NCBI GenBank assembly: GCA_038087875.1
Contig: CM075997.1
Coordinates: 3,102,001-3,166,000 of the forward strand
Origin: Malacoraja senta
Lineage: Eukaryota
Direction: 5' to 3'
Length of the DNA: 64,000 bases
Shown: positions 40,946 through 51,018 of the stretch, piece after piece
Position numbering within the stretch: the first letter of the stretch is position 1
Layout: each line of letters starts with the position of its first letter
Position numbers and translations under genes: made by a program
Notes under the pieces: model-generated
The model's input: only the letters and a program-made list of their open reading frames with translations
Databases searched by the model: none
Told to the model about the DNA's origin: nothing

Positions 40946-43900
40946 TCTTTGATTGGAAGTGCTGAAGGCAAAATGGAACAAATGGAAGCCTTTGCTCCAA
41001 AGTTGTGAATAGGGGGGACATGTTTGGAAGTGTTGCATTTGATGGTGAAGAGTGGCGGGGGTACAGCTTTAAATCCGGGGTGTGCCCGGGGTGCAAAGTG
41101 TTAATCGTAATTCCTGCAGATTTACTTGATGGAGACGTCACCAATAGAGGTGAGGTCAGATCTGGGGGACAAACATTAACTTGACGAATGCACCGTGAGA
41201 AATAGTTGGAAAGGCGGCCAGTTATGCCGCTGCCTGTGCATTGTACCCTGTGCATCTTCCTAGGGCAGTGAATAGCCCTGCAGAACAGGTTAAAGATGCA
41301 AAAACATCAATGAACAGAACAAAGATAATCAGGAGACGAGGAGCGCTACATATTTGGATACAAAGGTGGTTGGGTCCTCCATGCAAAGTGGCTGATCACT
41401 CCGCCTTCAAAGTCAAGTCCCTGTTCTGTTGGCACTTTTGTCGGGACCATCGGGGAACGCGAGGTTCCTGCAGTCTGTCTGCAGAGAATCACAGGAGACG
41501 GTGCATTGTGTCTGTAGCTCTGGCTAGCACAGAGCAGCGAGGCAGACACACACACACACACACACAACCAACTTTATCACCCCCCGACTTCCCAACGCAT
41601 CCCACTCCTTGCACCGCAAACTCTTCAACTTCATTCAAACTTTGAGGTCGAATAGTTCTTGCATTCCCCTAACTCCTGCAGAATTACCTGCCTTGGGATG
41701 TGTGAGGAATCAGGCATGGTGTCTAAATTTCCACCGTTTATTTTTCCCCAATTGTGTTTATTATCCTGAATTTCAAAGTTTATTTTAGGTGCCTCAGAAG
41801 TTTATTTTTACTTTAATTTCAGTGGTCATTTTTCAAGGTTGCAGAGTTTATTTTTTATTGAAGTGCAGTGTTTCTCTCCCTGGGTTTTCCAAATGTACAA
41901 ATGAAGAGCTGGAACAGGCTACTCCTTTCCTTCTGTCTGTCAGCTATTTAGTAATACAATGGTTATTGTAACCTGCACTTAGTATTCCTGTCAAAGATAG
42001 AACAGTACAGCATAAGACAGGCTCTTTGGCCCAGAATGTCCGTGTCAAACATGATGCCAGATTAAACTAACCTCTGTCTACAAGATCCATAATCCCTGTA
42101 TATACTGTAGAGTCATACAGCGTTGAAATAGGCCCTTCAGCCCATTTTGCCCACGCCGACCTATCTCCACTAGTCCCACCTTGTTTTGCATTCAGTTCAG
42201 GAACAATCTGACTGTACAGAGGCACAATCAGTACAAGAGTATAAGTTAATTGTTTACACCAACGCAGTATACAAGAGTTTCTGGCACCATCGTGTACCCA
42301 TCCAGTTCAGAGCTCAAAAAGAATGTTACAGTCTTAACTTGGCCGTAAAGGTCTGTTGTCCTGGTGGCGGCACGGGGTCGGAGTTGCACTATGCCACCTT
42401 TATAGCCAAGTCTAACACTTTTAATAACGCTGAACTTGGAGGGGTGGCACAGTGGCGCAGCAGTAGAGTTGCTGCCTTACAGCCCCACAGACCCTTACCT
42501 CGGGTGCTGTTTGTATGGAGTTTGTACGTTCTCCCCGTGACCACGGTGGTTTAGGCCGGTTGCTCCGGTTTCAAGAGACAAGAGACATTTATTGTCACGT
42601 GCACCAATTTGTACAGTGAAATTTGTGGTCACCATACAGCCAAACGAAAAAATAAAAGAACACAGAACACGATAGTCTTTAACACAAACATCCCCACACA
42701 GCGGAATCAAAGTTTCCCACTGTGAGGGAAGGCACCAAAGTTCAGTCATCTTCCTCTGTTCTGTTGTTCCTCCCCCATTCCAAAGACGTACAGGTTTTGT
42801 AGGCTCATTGGCTTCTGTAAAAAGGCCCTTGTAACCCCCTATCCCAAACCAGTCTGAAGAAGGGTCTTGACCCGAAATGTCACCCATTCCTTTTCTCCAG
42901 AGATGCTGCCTGTCCCGCTGAGTTACTCCAGCATTTTGTGTCTATCTTCGGTTTAAACCAGCATCTGCAGCTCCTTCCTACACACCTCGTATGTAGGGCG
43001 TGGATACAAACGTGTGATAACATAAAACTAGTGTACAGGTGATTGATGGTTGGCGCAGACTCAGCGGCTGAAGGACCTGTTTCCACGCTGCATCACTAAA
43101 CTAATCTATAGATGTGCAGTATAATGTACTCTCATATACTCGATCTAAAACATTATTGACAACTCACTTAATCTATACACATCCCAATGCACCTACCCTG
43201 TGTCCTCTTCACACCTTACGTTCCACCCAAACTTTGTAACAGCATCAAAATTAGCAACCACTTATAGTCATAGAGTGATACGGCATGGAAACAGGCCCTT
43301 CGGCCCAACTTGCCCACACCGGCCAACATTACCCAGCTACACTAGTCCCACCTGCCTGCATTTGGACAATATCCCTCCAAACCTGCCCTATCCATGTACC
43401 TGTCCAACTGCTTCTTAAACGTCGGGTTAGTCGCAGCCTCAACTACCTCCTCTGGCAGCTCATTCCAAACACCCACCACCCTTTGTGTGAAAAAGTTACC
43501 CCTCAGATTTCTATTAAATCTCCTCCACTCTTTTAAATTTCTCCTCCGACAGCAACATTTCTTACTTTACTGGACCTAATCTCGCATTAAACGTTTTTCA
43601 CGTTATTCCCGTTGTCATGTATCTGTACACTGTGGACGGCTTGATTGTAAACATGCATTGTCTTTCCGCTGACTGGATTGCACGCACCAAAAGCTTTTCA
43701 CTGTACCTCGGCACACGTGATAATAAACTAAAACCAAACGCAAAGTAGTAGAAAGGAACTGCAGAGGCTGGTTTAAACTGAAGGTAAACACAAAATGCTG
43801 GAGTAACTAGGCAGGACAGGCAGCATCTCTGGAGCGAAGGAATGGGTGACGTTTTCGGGTCGAGACCCTTCTCCCTTCAAAGTGCTCGGTGCTCCAGGTT

Positions 43901-44892
43901 GGTTAAAGGAACTGATCCTGGAGTGCCGTGGAAACAAAACAACATTCCTCTTTAGGTCTGAAGAAGGCTTTTTGTATCGACCCTCTTCTCTTTAACATCT
44001 TTAACACAAGGAAATGACCAAAGCAGTTGCCGGAAAATGGTTTCCTGAATTGTGCGAACAAAAAAAGCAAGTGGAAATGGACAGGTTCCTTCAAGACTAA
44101 ATGAATACATCCCAAAGGACTTAGGGTCTCACAGAGTAAATTAAACCCAGGAGTGTTTCAGGAGTGGGAGTGTGTGGTAGTTGCTGGGCTCAGGATGTAG
44201 CGTGAACTGTGTGAGCCAGTTAATAGACACAGTGCCCGCTATGGGCACTGATACAGACCAGCTTCTTCCCAGTTGTTATCAGACAACTGAACCACCACCC
44301 ACCCCCAGCTAAAGAGCGGTCCTGACCTCACATCGACCTCATTGGAGTCCTTCGAACTATCTGTAATATATTTAACTATTTAATCTGTCGGGGAGAAAAT
44401 GATGGAATGCTGGAATCCTGTTCCGCAGAGTTTACTTTAGAGATACAGTGCGGAAACAGTCCCTTCTGCCCACCGGGTCCGCGCCAACCAGCGAGTCTGA
44501 AGAAGGGTGTCGACCCGAAACGTCACCTGTTCCTTCACTCCATAGATGCTGCCTCGCCCGCTGAGTTTCTCCAGCATTTCTATCTACCCCGCATATTAAC
44601 ACTATCCTACACGCACTAGGGACAATTTTTACATTTACCAAGCCAATTAACCTACATACCTGTCCATCTTTGGAGTGTGGGAGGAAACCGAAGATCTCAG
44701 AGAAAACCCACGCAGGTCACGGGGGAACATACAAACTCCGTACAGACAGCACGTGTTGTCGGGATCAAACTCCGACGCTGCATTCACAGTAAGGCAGCAA
44801 CTCTACCGCTGTGCCACCGTGCCGCAGAATTACTCCAGCACTTTGTATCTATCCCCGATAGATTAAATAGATTAAAGATAGACACAAAATGC

Positions 44893-45029
44893 CTCTTCTT
44901 CTTGCGTATGGCGTGCACAGCCTAAAGTTGTTGGACAACTTGTTCTATTTGATCTTATTTGATTGTGCACACCAGGTTGATTGCATTCGTCGAAACAGGG
45001 GGGACCACGTGAAGGTTGCAATCTCCCAC
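44893..45029 (-). mobile_element. ~130-bp short retroposon with (GAA)n tail, copy 2
   Basis: Reverse-complement homologue of 13325-13456, flanked by ACACAAAATGC and CCACAAAAAATGC. Confidence 0.75.
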
Positions 45030-46054
45030 ACCACAAAAAATGCTGGAGTAACACAGCACGCTTTCAAGCTTCAAGCTTCAAGAGAGTCAAGAGTACTTTA
45101 TTGTCATGTGTCCCAGATAGAACAATGAAAATCTTACTTGCTGCAGCACAACAGAATATGTAAACATAGTACACTGTAAACAAAATAATAAATGAGAGAG
45201 AAAAAAGTTCAGTGTGTGAACACATACACATACTCACAAATACACATATATATATATATAGATCATATCACGCACACATACAGTATATATAGGTCATATC
45301 ACGCACACATACGTACACTAAAAAAAACACAATAATAATCCAATAATAGTCTACGTAGTTTAGAGCTTATTTGAGGTTGTAGTGTTTAATAGCCAAATGG
45401 CTGTAGGGAAGAAGCTGTTCTTGAACTGTGGTCACAGTTTCCAGGCTCCTGTACCTTCTTCCCGATGGTAGGGGTGCTGTATCTTCCCGCCTGATGGGAG
45501 CAGGAGAAGAAGGAATGACCGGGGTGGGACAAGAAACACTGAAATTGAGATGGAGAAGGAGACAAAGAGAGAGAAAAGTAATTGTTGGTTTACAATGTAC
45601 GAGGGTGTGGTTGGATAATTGGATTCACCAGAATGCAGCTGGAGAATCCGAGGAATTTCTGGATCAGGGTAGTGATTGAAACAGGAGGCACTGCCGACTG
45701 AGGAGATAATGTTTGCTGCCTTTCTCTGCCTGATCCGTCGTTCACGGCCCATTAACAGAGATCAGACTGAGTAATCACATTTCCTGCTGTCGTCAGTTTA
45801 AGTCGCGAATTATCTGGAGGCATTTTAATGTGTTTTATTCCTCTGTGCCCAGCCCAATTGCCATAATTAGTAAGGGACAGGGATGCTTCCTGTACAAAAT
45901 GGCATACTTTGATCCGATTGACGACAATTTGTTTATTCCTTGCCTTACAATATTTTACAACATGTCTTACAATACTCGCTGGAGTTCAGAAGAATGAGTG
46001 GGAACCTCATTGAAATGTACAGAATAGTGAAAGGCTTGGATAGAGTGGACATGG

Positions 46055-46284
46055 GGGGTGGACGATTGCAAGGGGTGGTAGATTGCAACCTTCACGTGGT
46101 CCGCCCTGTTTCGACTAATGCAATCAACTCGACGTGCACAAACAGAAGATCAAATAGAACAAGTGTTAAAGAAGGAACTGCAGATGCTGGAAAATCGAAG
46201 GTACACAAAATTTTGTGTACCATCAAATAGAACAAGTTGTCCAACAACTTTAGGCTGTGCACGCCACACGAAAGAAGAAGAAGT
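46055..46284 (+). mobile_element. ~130-bp short retroposon, copy 3, interrupted by a PLE terminal fragment
   Basis: TSD AGTGGACATGG at 46044-46054 and 46285-46295 inside a CR1. The PLE piece at 46165-46221 has its own 16-bp TSD ATCAAATAGAACAAGT. Confidence 0.75.
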
Positions 46285-47494
46285 AGTGGACATGGAGAGG
46301 ATGTTTTCACCAGTGGGAGAGTTTAGGACTAGAGGTCATAGCCTCAGAAGTAAAGAACATTATTTTAGGAAGAAGATGAGGAGGAATTTCTTCAGTCAGA
46401 GGGTGGTGAATCTGTGGAATCTTTGCCACCGAAGGTTGTGGAGGCCAAGTCAATGGATATTTTTAAGGCAGAGATAGATAGATTCTTGATTAATACGGGG
46501 AGGATGGGGTTCGGACGGAGAGATAGATCAGGCATGATTGAATGGCGGAGTAGACTTGATGAGCTAAATGGCCTAATTCTACTCCTATGATGATACAACA
46601 ATATGGAAACAGGCCCTTCGGCCCACCAAGTCCACACTGGCCATCAATCGTCCGCTCCCACTAGTTCTATCCAAGATATACAAGATACATTTATTTGTCA
46701 CATGTACCAATTGGTACAGTGAAATGTGTGGTCGCCATACAGCCATACGAATAATAAAGAGCACAGATCACAATAGTCTTTAACACAGACATTCCCACAC
46801 AGCGGGATCATAGTTTCCCACTGTGAGGGAAGGCTCCAAAATCCTTGGTCTAATTCTTAATTTTCTAATTTCCCACTTTCTCATCCACTCTCTACATACG
46901 AGGGGCGATTAACAGAGGCCGATTAACCTACAAACCCTCACGTCTTTGTGAAATGGGAGGAAACTGGAGCACCCGGAGGAAATCCACGTGGTCACAGGGA
47001 GAGCTTGCAAACTCCACACAGACAGCACCCGGGGTCAGGATCAAACCCGGGTTACTGCTGCTGTGAGGCAGTGGCTCCAGCTCACATAATGCATTTTTTG
47101 CTTTTTTTCCATAACTTCCCCATGTTCCATCGAGCAGCACAGCACAAAAACAGGCCTTCAGCCCACAATGCCTGTGCCGACCACGATGCCAATTTAGATG
47201 GCCCACCTTTATCATTTTGTTGAAGATGTTTACCCTGTGTGACATTCACCTGCACCTAGTTCTGATGCAAGGTCTGGGAATTAAAATATTGACTGTTTCC
47301 CTTTCCACAGATGCTGCCTCACTTGCAGAGTTTCCAGCATTTTCTTTCTTTATTCAGATTTCCAGCCTCTAAATCTTTTTTGATTTTTGTATTTTGTTCA
47401 TCCTGTGTTCACCACGCACAATGTACCCTGTACTCTGGCTACTCAAAGCCCCCTGTGCATCCTGCACCCTGTGTTTACGCAGTAACCTCGGAAT

Positions 47495-48230
47495 CCACCA
47501 GGGGCGCCGGGGCGATGGCTGCCCTGCCGGCAGTCTGTTCGTCTTTTCACTCTTTTTGCTATTTTTTAGTTTGTTAAAAGTTTTGTTTTAATGTTCTTCG
47601 GTTTGTTTTATGTGGGGGGAGGGGGGAGGGAATCGGGGGAAACTTTATTTCAGGTTCTTACCTTCCCAGAGATGTGATTAATTTTCGGATCACATTCAGT
47701 TTTCGGATCACATTCTCTGGGCTCTGCGGCCTACCATCGATGGAGCTGGAAGCCTCCTCGGACTGTCGTGGACTTAACATCGGATCTGATCCGTTGCCTG
47801 GGATCACTCCCACTGCGACCACCGCGGAATCAACATCAAGGGCTCGCAGTCGCGGGTGAGGCCGAGTCGGGAGCTCCAACGTCGCGGAAGGTTCACCAGC
47901 CCCGACGCGACGTTTGATCGTCCAGCGCGGGGGAGCTGACATCCCCCCGATGCAGGAGCAGATAGCCTCGACGCGGAGGGCCGGCTACGGGAGTTTAGAT
48001 CATCCCGTCAATGGGGGGCTCGAGGCCCACGACCGAGGAAGAACTAAGGGAAGGACTTGAACTTTATTTCGCCTTCCATCACAGTGAGGAACGTGTAGGA
48101 GTCACCGTGGTGGATGTTCATGTTAAAATGTGTTTTTGAAGTGATCTGTTACTTTTAATTGTATGACTGACCTGGCCAATGAAATTCCTCGTATGTTGCA
48201 AAACATACTTGGTGAATAAAGTGTTATTAT
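47495..48230 (+). mobile_element. Non-coding GC-rich retroposon with Rex1-like 3' tail; representative copy
   Basis: Head CCACCAGGGGCGCCGGGGCGATGGCTGCC, a T-rich tract, a CpG-rich core and the 3' block GCCTTCCATCACAGTGAGGAA...GTGGTGGATGTT...AATAAA. Relatives lie at 1-127(-), 18796-19487(-), 23875-24315(+) and 61207-62165(-). Confidence 0.65.
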
Positions 48231-49078
48231 GATCTATACACCTGTACACACCATGCACACTGTGTTTACCCGTGCCTCCTGAATCCTGGTTACGTGTGTC
48301 CATTCTGCCCCCCGATGGTAACCTATAGCCATATAACTTGTACCATATAACTTGGTTACTATAGCTGTGTCCAGCCTGCTGCATCAGGTTACCCTGTAAA
48401 AAATACACAATGTAACTCAGGTCAGGCAGCATCTCTGGAGAATGGATAGGTAACATTGAGAATTGGAATCTTTCTTCAGATCCTGTTTATAGAGTCATAG
48501 AATCATACAGTACTTAAGCCAACATGGCCATGTCAACAAAGATGCCCCATCTAAGCGAGTCCCATTTGCCCATGTTTGCCCCATATCCCTTTAACCTATT
48601 CTTACTGGTTCCTCTGTCTCTGTATACTCTGGTTACTCTGTCTACCCTACAACTGGGTTACTATACCAGTATCCATGCTGTTCCATGAGTTTATATGATA
48701 CGATGGAACTTTATTTATCCCAGGAGGGAAATTGATCTGCCAACAATCATAAAACACAAGATACATGAAATTAAAGTGACAAGTGGAAAGGATTGGGGAT
48801 GTGCAAAGATTTGGGGAGCGGACGGGGGAGGGGAGTCAGTCTCAGTCTACCCCACGACAGAAGGGGGAGGAATTGTACAGTTTGATAGCCACAGGGAAGA
48901 AGGGTCTCGACCCGAAACGTCACCAATTTCCTTCTCTTGAGAGATGCTGCCTGTCCCGCTGAGTTACTGCGGCATTTTGTGTCTACCTTAAACTAATAAG
49001 CTTTCCACTGTACCTCGGTAAACGTGACAAATATTGGGGGGGGAGGGGGGGGGCAGAGCTTGCGGATTGATTGGCATG

Positions 49079-49362
49079 AGGAGGCGGGGCGAGGTATGCG
49101 CGTCATTAAGGGGCGGGATCAGGGTATGATTGACAGCTGGTGGAATGCGGGGCGAGATCTGCGCGTCATGGAGGGGCGGGGTTATGGTATGATTGACAGC
49201 TGATGGAAGGCGGGGCGAGATCTGCGCGTCATTGAAGGGCGGGATTAGGGTATGATTGACAGCTGACGGAAGGCGGAGCGAGGTTTGCGCGTCACGGAGG
49301 GGCGGGGTCAGAGTATGAATGACAGCTGACGGAAGGTCTGCCCGTCATGGAGGCGGGGTCAG
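49079..49362. repeat. 63-bp-period tandem array (~4.5 units) in the ITPK promoter
   Basis: TGATTGACAG at 49127, 49190 and 49253, and TGAATGACAG at 49316, exactly 63 bp apart. Each unit also has GGCGGGGCGAG, GCGCGTCA, GGGCGGG and CAGCTG. Confidence 0.9.
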
Positions 49363-49565
49363 CGGGAGGGGGGCGGATTACGGGTCGCGGGTGGGGCGCC
49401 ACCCGCCCGTGAGTGAGTGAGCGAGCGATTTCGAAATGGGCGGTGTTGGCGGCAGCAGAAGTAGTGGCGGCGGCTGCAGCAGCAGCAACAAGACCGCCGC
49501 TCGCAGAGGGTTGTCCGCCTGAGCAGCGTCGCGCCTCGGTGGGTGATGCCGGCAGCGGGAGTTTG

Positions 49566-50002
49566 ATGAAAAGCCCGGAGTGCGCGGCGGAGCTGGAGCT
49601 GGAGACGGAGCCCGGCCACGACCACGGCCTGCGGGAGATGACGGGCAACCTGCGGCTGATGGGGCCGAGTCCGCCCTGTCCGCGTCCCTGTCCGTGCCCG
49701 GCCCCGGCCCCTCCGCCTGGAGGCCCATCCCCCGGCTCATCGTCACCCAGGACGAGTCGCTGGCCAGGCCCGGAGCGGCGGCGGCGGCCGACGACGAGCA
49801 GCCGGACGAGGAGTCGCCTTCGTCGGACAGCGGCTGTGGAGGCTCCCCCGCGCCCTCGCTGCTGCTCCGCAAACTGTCGGGGTCGTCGCTCTCCTCCGCC
49901 GGGCACTCGTCGTCCTTCGAAGAGTCCGAGGACGACTTCAGCCCCTGCAGCGACGCCGAGAGCCAGGCGCCGCAGTACCTCAGCCTGGAGGACGGCCTGG
50001 GG
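49566..50002 (+). CDS. Inositol-trisphosphate 3-kinase (ITPKA/B/C family, ITPKC/ITPKB-like) first coding exon, with an apparent 1-nt frameshift at 49661-49664
   Basis: The frame of ORF 49580-50050 encodes PIPRLIVT...GGSPAPSLLLRKLSGSSLSSAGHSSSFEESEDD, matching the IP3 3-kinase pre-catalytic motifs (P-x-L/I-I/T-V/I-T; RKLSSSS...SSS-F/Y-E-D/E-SEDD). It ends at a phase-0 donor GGG|GTGAGT (50003). That frame has no ATG after stop 49544-46. ATG 49566 opens another frame (MKSPECAAELELE...LRLMG) that joins it if one G is added to GGGG. The kinase exons were not found in the window. Confidence 0.8.
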
Positions 50003-50818
50003 GTGAGTGGGGGCCCGGGGAGAGGAGAGTGGGTGGGGGTCGAGGGATAGGGGGAGAGGCTGGAGGTGGAGAAGAGAGGATTGGGGGGGGGGGGAGAGGG
50101 TCTAGTGATGGGGAGAGACGTTAGTGGTCGACGGAGGAAGCTAGGGGTGGGGGTAAAGACTGGAGGTCGAAGGGGAGAGAGAAAGGAGGGAGAGGCTGGT
50201 GGTCGGAGGGGGGGAGAGGTTGGAGATTGAGAAGGAGGGTTAGAGATTACAGGTTGATAGGTGGGGGGTAGAGGTTGTAGGGACAGGGGGAGAGGCTGGT
50301 TTTCGGGGGAGGGAGAGAGAGAGGGGCTGGTGGTCGAAGAGGGGGAGGGTTAGGCTGGAAAACGAGCGGATGGTAGGGGCTGGTGGTCGAGGTGAAGCGA
50401 GCTTCGATCATCGAGGAGAACATTCCCCAATCTGTACACAGCAAACTCCCACAGCCGGCTAACCCAGGCTGCTGCTGGGATAAGGTATTCCCTCTCAGCC
50501 CAGCTTCTCTTTAAACGGGGGGGGGGGGGGGTCTCAGGAACTTGCAGCTCCACGTGGGAACCCAGCATCTCCCCCCCCCTGTCAGACATGTCACATCTGA
50601 CAGTGCGGCACTCTCTCGGTACACACCTGGACTGTCATGTTTGGATTAGGACTTGAAGAGTCCCTGACCTTGCGAAGAGGCTGAGCCACAGCCGTCGTTG
50701 GAGGTGGAGGGAAACGGTGGTGATCCCTGGAAAGCAGACGGAAAGAGGGTGATGAACGTGTGCTGAAGGGGAAGGTGTGAGATCGAAAAGGTGACATGTC
50801 TGTATCCCCTGGGGAAGG

Positions 50819-51018
50819 NNNNNNNNNNNNNNNNNNNNNNNNNNNNNNNNNNNNNNNNNNNNNNNNNNNNNNNNNNNNNNNNNNNNNNNNNNNNNNNNNN
50901 NNNNNNNNNNNNNNNNNNNNNNNNNNNNNNNNNNNNNNNNNNNNNNNNNNNNNNNNNNNNNNNNNNNNNNNNNNNNNNNNNNNNNNNNNNNNNNNNNNNN
51001 NNNNNNNNNNNNNNNNNN
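50819..51018. other. Assembly gap (200 N) in ITPK intron 1
   Basis: Run of 200 N characters. Confidence 1.

Larger units (their letters stand above)
49040..50010 (+). promoter_or_regulatory. CpG island / promoter of the ITPK gene
   Basis: GC- and CpG-rich block with multiple GGGGCGGG boxes and a reverse CCAAT (GATTGG, ~49069) upstream of the ITPK exon. Confidence 0.8.

Noticed and set aside
49292..49906. Antisense 204-aa and 164-aa ORFs over the ITPK exon
   Set aside because: Shadow ORFs of a GC-rich coding exon and CpG island.
50003..50400. G/A-rich tract after the ITPK donor (G-quadruplex potential)
   Set aside because: Low-complexity purine tracts are common at the start of first introns, and nothing specific can be supported from sequence alone.
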